From positions 18,786,001-18,850,000 of the forward strand of contig JBHGNT010000007.1 of assembly GCA_043228905.1 (NCBI GenBank): a DNA stretch of 64,000 bases. Direction: 5' to 3'. Of the stretch, positions 36,816 to 51,198 are shown piece by piece. The notes beneath the pieces are model-generated. The model saw only the letters and a list, made by a program, of their open reading frames with translations. It was not told where the DNA came from and ran no database searches. A program made the translations under genes and the position numbers. Origin of the DNA: Azolla caroliniana. Its lineage: Eukaryota > Plantae > Polypodiophyta. The first letter of the stretch is position 1. Each line of letters starts with the position of its first letter.

Positions 36816-38936
36816 CTTAGATTTAAATTTTGTATTAAATGGTTCGGATTGGTTTCAACTTTTCCATAAACGGTGTTGGTTAAATGGCTTGAGAGTTCAT
36901 AAACGGTTTGTTTTGCTTTTTGTTTTATATAAATGGTTTGTTCATTTCAATTCGGTTAGGCAAAGAAACTGAATTGGGCCCATTGCTAGCTCGCACATCA
37001 TGAATTCAACGAAGGGGTTCGGCAAGCTCACACATAGGTCGTTTGAAGGGAGGACAAAGTGGCTTGAGAACACTACTCCAATTTGAGACATCATAGCTAT
37101 CGGAGGTAGTCACGTTATCGCAGCCCCCTCAACTCACCTACACCGGAAGCTTTAACCCTCCAACTTTCGTTTCCATTTAAACTTAATGGTTATCTTCTAA
37201 TTGTTCATTGTATAGCTTCTCGTTACCACCATTGTACCTATTCATTATGTACATTTTGTAAACTCTATTCTTTTGTAATCTAGCGTTTCGGCCTAAAAAG
37301 TGGCCCCTTTTGGTCATAATATTATGCAATCCTTTGTAATCTCACGTTCTTGTGCTAGTTGCATATTTTGATCCTAACCTCGTGCATTAATCATTATTTG
37401 GCTCATCACTCCCTTCAACTCTGAGGAGCCTTCGAGCCTCCAAACATACACGCCCTCCTAGTATTTGCGCCCCACTTAGTCCAAGACCCTCGTGATCCTG
37501 CTCGAGTAGCACACGCACACGCATTTACGCTACAGCATTGCCTCACCCAAATCTCCATTATTATTGAGGTTCAAAATTCAAGTCTTTAGTGTACTCCATT
37601 GATCATCGTGTTTTATATGTGGAGCATGAAGATGCGGTTGACATACCTTTGTACTAAATTGTTTTTCACTCCTAGTGTCATGGAACCAATAATAAAGTTC
37701 CAATCAAACAAATGGTTTTGTGACTCCTGTGGTGGAGAAGGTACCCAGTCATGGACTAAATTCTCCGTTGTATAACAAATTTCTCTTTGAGAATGATAAT
37801 TTATATGTATTTGCTTCCACATTGAACGAGATCAAATGATCATTATTTATCATTAGATCCTTGACTTGGTAAACATCTTTTTCAAATAAATGACGTTTTG
37901 GCTTTATGATCTAGAAATGTAAAAAGGAATAGATAAGTCCAAGAAACTCTCCAACTACAAATTAACAATTCTTGATTTCATTCTATCGCATTGCATATAT
38001 TGTGAGACATCTATACAAATTTGAATCAATTTATGGTAAATGGAAATTGAACACCACCACCATCCTACTTATCTAATATAGTAGATACCAAAGGGTCATG
38101 GTCAAAGATCCAACAAAGTTTGATTTTATGCTTTTGCAATCAACATCTTTGCCCATAATCAGGTTTGCTTTTCCAAGTGTTGATTTCCTTGCTAACATGA
38201 GAATCTCAAATTTTAGTATATCAAACTTCCCAACGACATTGTCATTAAGAGCATCGCATAACAACAATCTTAAACCTTTACCTACATGGTTTGCCCTTTA
38301 AAACTGTTTCATGATCTCAATCATGATGTTTTGAAGAGCTTTGGAACTTAAAAAATAATCACATGTAATTTTATGCAAGCCACGAGTCATTTATGTGTTT
38401 GACAGCAACAAATATTGGGCTTAATATAAAAGCTCACTATATTCATTAGAGGTGCCATCCTAGAGTGCAAAATGAAAGGAAAAAACTTAATTAAAAGTGA
38501 GGCCTGAGGCTCCCAATGTATATTTATTACAACAAAAGAGCTCATGTTGAAATACAAGGCAGGGGAATTTTTCTATTATTATTATTACAAAGGATGTTTG
38601 TGCATAGCACCAAATTTGTTTGCTATATCTACATTTGGTTAATTTACAATATTGCATGTAGTTTGCAACTTGTGAACTTTGAATTAGTTGCAAAAGCCGC
38701 AACGAAATGTACATGTGTTATATGAGGGGACTTATCATTCTGATTGAGCAAAAAAGAATGCATTAGGTCTCAGGTGCCACTTCCAAGAAAAAAATTCAGT
38801 AAGGTTTAAAGGTGAGGGTCGTGGGTCGTCACAAGCTATACAATAACTACATATAGATGAAACGTCATCTACGCATCTTCGTTGGAGGAAGAACAGTGTG
38901 TCAGTGATATCCTCATCATCATGAGTTATTTGACCA

Positions 38937-41900
38937 CTATCTCCCATTACCTAGATGACCATGCTGATACCTTCTCTCCCTTAGATGCCTTATTCTTGCC
39001 TCAACTCGAGCAGTGAAACCAAACGTCGCTTTCTCAACAGCTTTCTTTTTCTCCTTTCGCCACATCTCCGGGTCATCTAGGTCTTGGTTAAGAGATTTTA
39101 TCTCTTGAAGGATGTGATGATCCATAGGCATAAAACGCCTTTGGAATGCTATATAAGCAAAATAAGGAAAAACACATGCGGCGGCCACTAAGAATGTGGC
39201 GATCCAATATCTTGGAGAAGGAGCCAAAGCTTCTAATAGGACATCATAAGCTGTGGTTGATATTGTTGGAGACATAAGACCGAATATAATAAGGAATATG
39301 TACCACATGGCAATACTTCCCCATATAAGAAAGTGTTGAATCACTGTGAAATAGCTTATTGTGAGAGCAATCTGACAATTCACTACCCAAATAATTGCTG
39401 TATACATGGTCGCACCAAACACTTCAAACCCTGATATTTGACCATCCTCTCGGAAAGCTCGATGTCCAAAAATGGTAATTATAATGAAGAATGAGAGCAA
39501 CGAACCAAGAACCCCATTAGCCATCCAAGAAAAGATCCGTGCCCATGTAAAGAACATGTTCTTGGGGCCTTGTTGGTAAATACTCGGAAACTGCATATTT
39601 CAAATAAAGGTCCCAAATAATTGAGTGTCTTATGAAAAGGACACAATTAAGAAATTTATAACAGCATCTTAAACCATTCAGTGGTAGAAATGAAGTGTAC
39701 AGCAATACAAAGTATCAACTAAGTCGATCATAAATTGGCAATGATGAAAAACAATACCTCAAGGCACAGTTTTGCTGGAATATCCTGCTCAAAAACTCCC
39801 AAAGCACAGACAGGTAGGGAAGTAAACAATATGTTGAAAAGTGTCAAAAACCAATCATTATAGAGAGTCTGGCCAGAATAATTTGTGTAAGCTTCGTAAT
39901 AGAAAAGTGTCAGTCCAAAGACAATGTTCTTGTAGAAAAAATAGCAGATCTGCACAACAAACTCTCATAAGAAACGAACACTAAACGTATTCATGAAACA
40001 AACTCAACTAGTCTGAATAAAACCATTACCATGGTTGCAATCCTCTTGTAGCACCAATGACCATGAACAATGAGGAGGCGTTCAAGGAAGCAGAATTGTG
40101 CAATTGAAAAATCACTTGCCATCACTGCCTGCCAGAATTAGATAAACAGCCTTATGCTCACAATTCTCCAAACTCTTAAAGCAGAATAGTGAATGTAATA
40201 TATATACCTGCATGCCTTCAACCCCACTGATACCAACACCAATATCGGCTTCTTGAATCATGCCAACATCATTTGCGCCATCACCAATTGCCAGAGTGGT
40301 CTTCCCTGTACCTTCTTTTACTAATCTGGTTACCTTTGAGAATTAAAGAACAAACTCAATCTGTTTATATCAATAAACCCCAAAGAATCTGGGATCAAAC
40401 ATAGGAAAGAGCAAAAGACTGTTTGTAAACTACCACCCAAACTAAGGACAACTAAAAGAGCGTGTATGACAAAATAGTTAAGAAAGTTTTATCTCACCGA
40501 CAGATAAACGTGTTATTAATCCATTTGCCAAAACCATATATTGTCTAAATTCAAACCCTAAATCCAGTGGATTTTCCATTCTTCAAGCAATCACAACTAC
40601 ATCAAGTTCCTGATTGTGACTATGTCTTAACAGCCTTGATATTAGAAACTACAATAAAATAGCACTGAAACTAGGCTTATATTGTTGAAACAGGGTAGAG
40701 CCAAGAGAGCACATCCATTGTCAAAATCAAAGCGTCACATGGGACACATTTCAGGCTGGAGAATGGGGTCAAAATCAAAATGGAGATTCCCTGTTATGAT
40801 GAGAGGGGAGTCTGAAAATATGGTCATTCACTGTGACTATCCTCACTTTTGTTACTCTCATTCTCAATCATTTATGGCGGTTCCTATGGGTAGCTTGAAA
40901 TTTATGATGAAACTTGTCAGATCAAAAACCTAATTTATGATGTGAGAAAATACAGTTGGTTGGAGAAAACAAGATAGTACCAAGGCTTTTTGCTTTGGTG
41001 AAACACGGCAACATATCACTGATGCACACTTCACAGCAAGCTGTAAGAACCTCTCTTTCATGTCATCTTCCAAAGCATATGCTAGTGATTTTCCATCAAT
41101 GATTAGTGCAAAGGCCATATCAGAACCTGGCTCCAGGCTCACTGCTTGTTGTCCATTTGCAAGTTGGTTCATTACAGCCTCCTTAGAAACCTGAAAATCA
41201 AAGAATTATTTTGAAACCATACAAAGATTATCGATAGCATTAGACATTCTAAGTTTTCAGTTTTAAAGATTAAATAATGGAAGTAATATAAATATCAAAT
41301 AACACCTTCATCAATGCATCCTTGTCATTGAGATCTTCGGCTGACTTGACAACAGGAATATCTAATGTGACAAGAAGCTGTTTCATGTCTTGCCTGAGCA
41401 GACTACATGCAAATCTGCATGCATTAAGAGGGAATACCATAATATTGAGTCATTATACAGAGAATACATTCCAGTGCATGTGCAATTGAAGTACTAATGA
41501 CACACATGAAAATCTATGCCAATCACTATATAATGTAACATACCCAATGTTGATAGCTGTCTCCAACTTATCCCCTGTTAGAACCCATATCTTAAGCCCA
41601 GCAAGAGCAAGTTTATCTATACACTCCGGCACCTGAATACACATGTTATGAGTGTTTGGTTTCATTAGCTTCTACTCAATTTTGAAATCCAATTACTAAC
41701 CCCCTTTTGCAGTTTGTCTTCAACAGCTGTTGCACCAACAAGGAACAACTCTTTTTCTATCATGTCTGATGCCTCATCAAGCTTAGCATCCCTACCCGGT
41801 CCCATTGCAGTTTTTGCATTCAAAAACAGTTCATTCCATTGTTGATAAGAACTTTCGTCGAGCTTCCGGTAGGCTAGAGCAAGTGTTCGTAATCCTGCAT

Positions 41901-44753
41901 CCCCATAATTAGTGAGGTGCGCCTTTGTGGCCTCCTCAAACTCTCTGCCAGCTTTACTAAGCCTCTCAAAGATCACACTGTGTAAAAAAAAGAATTCTCT
42001 TGGACACAATCTTTAAAAAATATAACGCATATTCATTGTAGTGCTTAACTATAGAGAATTGTTAAATGCAATTCCACTTACCTATCTGCACCCTTACAGA
42101 ATACATAAATTTGACCATCTTCATCACGAACTACCACAGACATTCTCTTCCTAGTACTATTGAACTCCAATAAGTTGAGTAGCTTGTATTCACTGTTGAC
42201 AAAATGTTTCAGCAAAAAAGACTCTAATTTCCCCTTACTAGAGGGTGTGTGCATATGTGTGTGTTTGTGTCATTGCACTACATTTTCTAAAATAATCTCA
42301 GTTTCCCTATAAAATCTCTTAGTCAGCCAATGCATATGACAAAGAATAAGTTACTCCTCACCGTTCAACCAACCGGCCTGATTGATCACATTCTCTGATG
42401 TACACCCCATTTTGAGTTCGTTTTGTAAACTCAAAACCAAGTTCTCTGGCTGCAACCACAAATGCCCCCTCATCGGGCGACTCTGCCTCATAAGTAATCC
42501 TACCATCATCATCTTCTTCTGGTATAGCTGTCTGGCAAACAGAGAGAATGCGTAGAAACATTTGAATTACCTCTGGCTTAGCTTCAAGCGCCCATTTTCC
42601 ATTCATGATTCGTTTGTCATAGAAGTTGAATCCTTTCACATGGGGCATGTCTGCCATTTCAATCCCTTCGTTGTCATCAACCTTCATTGGGATTTCAGAG
42701 GGAATATCACTAATTATTTGATCATTCTTTTTCATCCTCTTAGCAGTAGCTTTCTCCACTTCAGTAACCCCCACTCCATAAGAGACTCCAGCTATAGAAG
42801 CTTTTAAGAAATCCATTTGATTACAAGTCAGAGTTCCGGTCTTATCTGAAAGAATTGTATCGACTTGGCCAAGTTCCTCATTTAGATTCGATGTACGTGA
42901 ATGAGCTGGCTTATCAGTTTCTTCATAGTACATGTGGATGTCTTGGTCTATTAACCTTGCCTGAAATAGCTTAACAACTTCTAACGAGATATAAAGCGAG
43001 ATCGGAATGAGGTACCCATACAAGATAAGGGCAGTAATAAACTGATAAAATGCAGATAAAACAGCATTATTTGGATTGAAGTCATTGGATGTATTATCTG
43101 GGCGCATATACCACCAATTCGGCATGTCGAGTTTTGTCCTTATCCCAAACACTATTGCTCCAATGACGGAAATAAGCAGAAGCACACTGAACAGAAAATA
43201 AACGATATAATCCATTCTCCGCTCAATCCTGCTCCTCTTAGAGGGAGGATCCGTTGCATTCTGCATAACTTTCGTTTCATGGCCACTGAAGATCACAACA
43301 CCATACACATATTGTGTATTCCGAAGCTTGGAATCCCTTAGCAAGATTTGTTGTGGACCTAGTGACAAGGTAGCACCATCATACTCTATATTGCCAACAA
43401 AACTGTAGAGGTTCGGATTGGGGTCCTCGCACCGAATAATCCCAACAAATTCAGCAAAATTATCATCCCCTTCTAGTTCCAAGGTGGGTTCGAGTGTTTT
43501 CTTCAACTTCAAGTTGGTCTCTCCATCTAGATTCATGGTTTCCACATAGCAAACGCCATCAGGATAGCTTGATGAAAGCATAAGAAGATCTGCTGGAAAG
43601 AATTGATCTCTCTGGACCTGAACTACATCTCCAACTCGAATATGTTGCCATTCGACGTCAACAAACTTCCCATTGTTGGAATGCACCTTTACTTTCCGAT
43701 TGTTTACTTCATTATCCTGGAAAGGTCATGGACACTAGTCAATAATAGAATGGCAATGACCATAATGTTGACAGACATAAATCATTCTATGCAAAATGTT
43801 TCTTCCTAGTTTACAGTAATAGGACAATATGAGTCAATATTACAAACTAATAGGCATATGGCAGACAAACTATACATGTCTGCCAGATTTCATTCCCTTA
43901 AATGTATATTTCCAACAAGCAACTTGAAACCAACAACCGGCATTTTAGTAAAGTAAGATAATATGGAGCAATGAGATAGTGCAGAAAAAATATCTATTTT
44001 TTTCACATTTTGTTTCTTTTTAAGCATTTTTTCAGTTAAATTACTTCAAAAATCTAGGCAAAATTAAGTGAATAATACAAGGGGCGATAATATATTACAA
44101 TTTCCTTCCTTAGCCAACAAACCCAACCTGCATTTTTGTGATATAATAGGAAATTAGGAGAAAATACTACAAGAATTATAAAAGTAGACCAGAAACTGAA
44201 ACTTTACAATTGGCATTAGGCACTTTTTTCCCAGAGCATTTACATCCGATACAAATAACAATACTAACTCATATACTGAATATAATTACCATTAAAAACA
44301 CAAACACTGCAAAATAACCAATAAAAATACCTGCAAATATCTTCGCCAATCTTCAATAGCTTCCTTGAGCATACTAACTCCCACCACAAAAGCAAGTGGA
44401 AGAATGACTGAGGTAGCAGAAAACGGCGTCAATGGTGTGAGAGACAAAGCTGCAGTCATAAGGAAATACAAATTTGCAACCCTTCGAAACTGCTCAAACA
44501 AAGCTTTAGGTAAAAATGTGACAATATTATATTTTGTGGTGGAAACATAGTTATCTCTATATTTGAATGGCTTTGATTTATGCCTTCCTGGTTGATTACA
44601 AAAAACAACTCTAGAGAATCCAGGACCTCCTAAAGGAACTAAATCATCTGCTTCCAATACTGTTGGCCTTACACATGCATATGAGTAAAGCTTGCTTAGT
44701 CTTAGCTTTCCTTTCCTCTTTTGATCTTTCCGATCTTCCTGTTTCGGGGGCAT
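38937..44753 (-). CDS. ALA: P4-type ATPase / aminophospholipid flippase (ALA family), 11 coding exons: 44753-44331, 43716-42362, 42192-42082, 41977-41701, 41632-41544, 41414-41306, 41190-40981, 40333-40208, 40128-40030, 39949-39758, 39590-38937
   Basis: [31 protein letters not shown], phosphorylation motif [33 protein letters not shown]; GT-AG borders read for each intron. Confidence 0.97.
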
Positions 44754-44799
44754 TTTTGTGAAACGAAGAAGCTATGGAAACCAAAAACTCTGAAAGAAA

Positions 44800-45460
44800 A
44801 CCACTTGATTGCTCGATAGAGGAAAAGCACTTGCAAGAAAGAATCTAACTTTTTCTGATACCTTTTGGTACTTAGAAGGTATGAATTGATCAATTCCTTA
44901 TAAGAGAATGGATTCTCGTGAAAACAATCCAAATTTATCTGCAAATTTCGTGCTTAGAAGATGAACTCTTGATTTTTTGATTGCTCGACAAGGACAGAAT
45001 CTTGAAAAAAGCAGATATGAAGGCTAAATTTCTGATACTTCCTTTGTGATTATTATAGAGAGCTAATTAATTACTCCACAAGAAGACAGTATCTTGTCGA
45101 GAGAAGCCAAATTCCTGATGCAATCTTTTTGTGATCAAATTGTAGAACTGATTGATCAAGTTCTCTGACAAGGAAACAGATTCTTGTAGAAAGAAACTCG
45201 ATTCCTGACGCAATCTTCTGTTAGAAAAAAAGCTATGATAGAATCCAAATTCTGATGCAATTCCAGCATAAAAGAGAGAATGGCTTGATTGCACAACCCA
45301 GTACAGAATCTTGAAGAAAATAAGCTATCTTTTCTGATGCCTTTTTAGTGGTTAAAGGGAATCGATCAATCAGTTAACCTGAGAACGAAAAAATGCAGAA
45401 ATTTTGATCAACAAGGAGCGAATTGTTGTGACGCAATTTCTGCTCAAAAAATAGCTGATC
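44800..45460. repeat. Degenerate tandem repeat (~85-100 bp period) upstream of the ALA start codon, probably in the 5' UTR or its intron
   Basis: Recurring TTGATTGCTCGA / ACAGAATCTTG / TTCTGAT(A/G)C / GATTGATCAA blocks. Confidence 0.6.
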
Positions 45461-45972
45461 GATTCATCCCCACATAAAGGAGTGTGGGAAAAGCTCAGAA
45501 ATAGTGGGAGAACAACGACGGTTGAATACACCTAACAATGGATTTACAAGAACAAATTTGGTTCAATGTCTTTACGGTACATGTTGCAGAAGGGCAGATC
45601 AAATCGATATCCTTATTGAATCTTTATACATTGCATTGTTGCAGAAGAAGAAGAAGAAGAAGAAGAAGAAGGCGTTAGAAGTCAAGATTGGAATTCGTGC
45701 GTATACATTGCTGCGTTCATGCGAAATGGAAGTAAATAGGATTGATATGAATATACCTTTGCAGTAGATCAGGAAAAAAGAACAGAAGAAGAAGAAGAAG
45801 AAGACGAAGAAGAAGATCGAGTTTGTTCTATGGATTTTGAAGGAGAAACGGAATATCGAGCAACAGATTTGAGAGGAATCTGGGAACAAAGGGAATTCGC
45901 AGGGAATTCGCAGGGGAGGAGATGGTAGCGGGGAAGGGGAACAGGAACGGAAAGAAGAAGGAGAAGAAGAAG

Positions 45973-46105
45973 AAACCCTAACCCTAACGGAGAAGACGGG
46001 CGAATCAGAGGAGGACAGAACAGAGATGATCGGATCGGATCGGATCGGATGGGAAGGAAGGAAGGAATAACGTGGAGGAGAAGAGAAGGGTTAGGGTTAG
46101 GGTTT
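45973..46105. promoter_or_regulatory. Telo-box-like motifs and GAA/CTT tracts, likely TSS/5' UTR region of ALA
   Basis: AAACCCTAACCCTAA at 45973-45987 and AGGGTTAGGGTTAGGGTTT at 46087-46105 among (GAA)n tracts. Confidence 0.5.
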
Positions 46106-46279
46106 TTGTGGTCTTCTCCTTCCACGCTGCTCTTTCCTGCAGTCAGAATTTTGAATGGGTCTCTCTCTCAGTCTCTCTCAGTCTCTGTCTTTCCGGCTGT
46201 CTGTTCCGGCCGTCAGTCGCCGTCATCCACCGCCGTCAGTCGCCGTCAGCCGCCCATTTTCCGTCCAAAGCAGTCGGAC

Positions 46280-46800
46280 TTCCTCTTTTAAAACTTGTGA
46301 ATCCCGGAGGCTTTCTTTCCCGTCTGTCCACCCGCCCGCCCCGCACCGCCCATCAATCTAGACCTTCTTCTTTAAACTCAGGAATCCCGAGGCTTTTTGC
46401 CATTGGCCTGCTGTCGGGCACCAGACCTGTCCGCCTGCCCGTAGCATCGAAAAGTGTCCCAAAGGCTTTCTTTCCCGTCCATCCATCCGCCCGCCCATCG
46501 CTCTAGAACGAAGCTCTTCTTTAAACTCGGGAACCCCGATGGCTTTTGCCAATCGGTCTACTGTCGGGCACCAGATTTGTCCGCCCGCCTGTAGCATCGA
46601 AATGTGTCGCGAATTTCTCGAGAGACCCCCAAGTCCAACCCTCGCAATCTTGTCGATCCATCTGCCCCCGTAAGCATCGGAAAGTGTCACAAACTTTTGA
46701 GAGATCCCCTGAGTCCCACCCTCAAAGATCACAAGTATTGTGGATCTGTCCATCCGCCTGCAACATCGGAAAGTGTCGAATATCTTTGAGAGACCCTGCG
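46280..46800. repeat. GC-rich degenerate tandem repeats upstream of ALA
   Basis: CTTTAAACTC.GGAA.CCCGA and CTGTCGGGCACCAGA..TGTCCGCC.GCC.GTAGCATCGAAA twice; CATCG(G/A)AA..GTGTC four times. Confidence 0.75.
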
Positions 46801-49800
46801 TATGATCATCGCAATATTAGTTGGCCTCCTCTTGTGGATTGTTAAAAAAAGACCTTCTAGATGGTCAAACCCCTCACCCAAAAGCTTCGCTCATAGCTTC
46901 TCCTTCCGGAAACACGTGGGATCCTTGGATGGACAGAACACTCTTCGCGATGAAAGATAACAATAGTAAAATAACAGAGAAAATGCAAAAAGCGTGAACA
47001 ACTCTTTGAAATTGAAGCAAACACGAAATGTCATTTGAAAAAAGGAAATTAACAGCATTCTTGGTTTTTTAAAAAGGTTGTGATCTTTGGATGTATGTGC
47101 GTGTATGGCCAACATGTTTAGGGCCATGAATCCCATTCGAGATGTAAAGCGCAAAATATTCTTCAAAATGTGAGGTATAATACTCGCTTTGAAATGTTCT
47201 CGGCTTTAGGATGTGGGAAATAGAAAAGTAAGTCGCATGATGAGATGAATTATTTGTAAGAGAGGATGGTGCCATCGTGGCACAAGAATAATAAGTATTG
47301 AATTATATGAAAGAAGAACGTGGTTGGTGAAGAAGAAAACTAGTTGATAATGGTGTGGCAATATATAGAGATTATGAATTAGACGATTCTCTACAAAGGC
47401 TTATTACTCAACGGAGATGAATTATTATGTCTCATTTCAATCGCAATCAACCTAAAATTATCTCTCTAGCACATCTCTACTTGTAGACATAAGAACGCGT
47501 ACATTGAAGGTTCTCTTATTTACCTTCTTTGAAATTAAAGTCAAAAAAGTTGTTTACGATGCCTTATAGGCAACTATACTATCAAAAAGACCAAAATGCG
47601 CTAAACAAAACTCATGTTTTAAAGTTCTTGATTTCAATATCGACCCAGGACCAAATAATGATATATTGTAACATCCTCAAAAGGTCATACAATGAAATCT
47701 AAAAAGAGTGTTGTAACTAGTAAGACAATATTGTTTACTGCGTAGAGAATGTAGCCTCATGTAGATTGTGTATTTTTTTAAAGATCACTCCTAGGCTCCA
47801 GTGGAGAGCACAAATATGTGCCCAATGCAACCCAAGCTCTTACATGAAGAGATCTATAAACAACAATAACCAACAACTTTCACCACATTGTTTCCTTTCT
47901 TCTCAAAACGACATATTGTTCTATAAATTTATGGTAGTGTTGATGCCATAAAAGGTGATCGGTGTCCATCAAACATTTCCAAATGGTGTAGTGTGGAGAT
48001 AAAAAGACTTTGGCGAAGGATTTCGTTAGGCTTTATGGAACTTATTAAGTTGAATCAATTGAGTAAATAGGATCTACACATGTCTTTGAGTAATGTGTAA
48101 ATAACATGGCCCTTATAATGACATTTGATTCCAAATTATTTTCTCAACGATAACTCATAGAAGATATGACATGCGTATTTGATTGGAAGTATGTGTTGAA
48201 CCAAGTTTTTTCCAATAAGATAATTTGCAAGGTTTCTCTACAACTCCCAACTTGTTACATGCCTTCAAACAAAAAAACCATGTATGATGGTATTGGATGA
48301 AATTCCTTGGAGTTACTCGCATTCTTGCAAAGTAGTAGCTTCAAAACTCATACTTATTGCTCTAGTATAACTAGCAATTAGGTAATCAAAACATAGAACA
48401 TTTTGAGTTTGGGAGTCCAACCATTAAAAACTCTTGATTGATTCCTTGGTGTGCAAAGGTAAACTAGACACACAAAATATAACATTGTTGTGAATTGGGG
48501 CAATACCATATTGTTGAGTCACCGGTTTGGGGTTTTCTACAATTGCATGTACCGTATGGTACATCTACCATAAGTAGTTGCAAACAAAACACCATCTTAG
48601 TTTGAGACCTTCTAACATCCTACCATATATGTATACAAAAGCATAAAGATGCTCTCTTACAACTCACGTTGTCTTACTTCCGAGACCTTCTAACATCCTA
48701 ACATGTATACAAAAACACAAATATTCTCTCTTACAACTTGCCATCATCAGTGTGGCCCACTCTATGAATAAATAAACAAAACATTTGTTTTGGCTAGTTG
48801 CTAGTAAATTAAAGTGAAAAAGTATTATTGTGTTATATGATTTAGTAACAAACTCTCCTTGTGAATCACACTTCACGAGGTTAGTTGTAGCATTCACAAC
48901 AATTTTGTTATATGGAGTATGTCTAAGCTCATAATTCATTGTTGCTTTTCTGTGTACCCAGAAACACAAACGTACAAAGGTAAGAGCATTTTATTTGTTA
49001 TCGGTTTATGATTATTTAGTGGTTACAATGAAATGCAAACACATATAAGGATAGATCCAACTCCCCTCCCTCGAGTAAAATAATCAAACGGATCTAAAAT
49101 GGTGTGTTAACCACTAGACAATACGTTTGTAATTGAGGGTGTTTGTGTTGTGTGCATTGGGCGTATATTTTCATAGTTAAATAATTACTTCCACATTTTG
49201 GTTTTAGTGAAGTCCGTGATAAACCCATTGAGGCTAATGTCTTAATTTGATTTCTATTACAGGATTAGGCCATTAGAAAAATGATTCTAATTACATGTCT
49301 ATAAAAAGCATCAAGAGGTTTAACCACTTGTCATTCTTTATACTAACTTTCATTGTAACATTACATATAAATCTAATATTTTTCCCACATTTCTAGTTGT
49401 TTCAATACAATTCAAATCTAAATATTTGTCCATGTAGAAATACCTAATTATTAAGATATTGGAAACAATAAAAAATACAAGTATTGTAAAATTTTGATAT
49501 TCATTAAAACAATCTATCTTTTTCCTCAAGAAGTGTTAGTCAAGAAGATATTGCTCAAAACTCTAACAAAATTTCAAGAACTTTTGACAATGTAAAGTCG
49601 GATTTAAATTTCTCTTTCCCAATGCAACCATGTTCCAATATTTAGGAAAGACCCTAGCCTCTCATACATTCTTTCATACAGTATACCTCAAGGGAAAAGT
49701 GCTTTTTTGCTTCCCCGTTTGTCAACAATCAAAACGTGTTTTTGCTTATATTTGGTTGATACATTTTCACAAAGCATGCACGCAAACTGGTGATTAAAGG

Positions 49801-51198
49801 AGTCATCATGTATGTATGTCTATTTTTTCAGCTTTCTAGAAGCCCCTTTCACAATCAGGACCCAATCTTCAAATTCAAAGAATTGTACATAACATTGGGT
49901 CTTGATTCCAAAAGGGGCTTTTGGAAAGTTGGAAAAATATACAAGATTTTAGCAAATGAAATCTCAAGGAGGGAAGGGGGTTTGTCACCATGGTCCATAG
50001 TGTATATGTAACTTTGTCATGTTGTTTCAATCAAAGATATTTTTCAATACATTTCCTACACATCCAATTTGCATACGATAGAAAGAGTTTGTATATAAAA
50101 GAGAAAGGGAATATTTAAGCCATGAAAGATTTACAAAAAAGTTTGGGGTTTTTAATTTGAGTGTTGAATGCATGTGATATAGAATGGAGTGATGTATAGC
50201 GAACCCTCTTTGTGAATAAGGCTCAAGTATTGAGGTGTATAACTTCCAAGAGGGTTTCTAGTTTTTCAAAAACAAAGTCAAACTTAGGCTTAATTCTAAA
50301 GTCTTTCCCATATCAAAATGTTGTTGTTCTCATTTTATCCTATTCTAATAACGCGGCTGACATCCGTGCTTTATAACGACAAAAAATATTCATTCGAGGT
50401 ATGCACAATAAATTCAGAAATAAGCAGGACATAGGACCCATGGTCTACAAGTAATGCACAAAATTAATCAAAATGCTACTCTTAGTTGGCATGATTCCCA
50501 AAAATGCCACCCCTTTACCAAAATCGACCATAAAATATTTATTCTGTGAAGCATTACATTTTGCATTTATTTCGTAATACATTTTCAAAAATCATAGCTC
50601 TGTTTGATTTTGGGAATTATGGAAAACTAGAATGGCCAAAAGTGTCATAGACGAATGGACTAACACATGAATTTGATAACCCTCTCTCTCCATTGATAGC
50701 TGTCACACATATTTCCATCTTGGATTTCATTCCCTCTAAAAGTCTTTTTGACTGACAACTTCAACAAATCAAATGAATATTATTGAGTGTGAGCAAAGAC
50801 ATACATTTCCTAGTACAACCGTTGCATCTGATTATAACACATCATACATGTGGTGCATTGGCATCTCCAAACTAAACTGGGGTGTGCACCCCCATACCTC
50901 TACGAGAAATTACTTTTTAAGTTGTACTAGAGAAGTTGTCCAACCACTATCCTATCAAGTGTCCATGCATCAAAGAATGTTCTACTGCATCAATCAATGA
51001 TCTAATGTTACATAATGTCTGTTCATAATATGGTCCAGGATGACTATCAGCCCTTTCTCCATTCGACCTCCCATGACAAATATTGAGCATCATGCATATA
51101 CTTCAATGAAATAACGTATTCTCAAAACTTCAAGCTGCAAACAACCATCTAACCATCATAAAAAGGAAGTATAATACATGGTTTCCAAAGAACATCTT

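Noticed and set aside
36830-37535. Possible MITE end plus solo LTR ending GCTACA
   Set aside because: Termini and TSD could not be established
46087-46105. (TTAGGG)n as a telomere relic
   Set aside because: Only about 3 units; typical telo-box near plant TSSs
48604-48738. Short ~60-bp duplication
   Set aside because: Ordinary local duplication with no further structure
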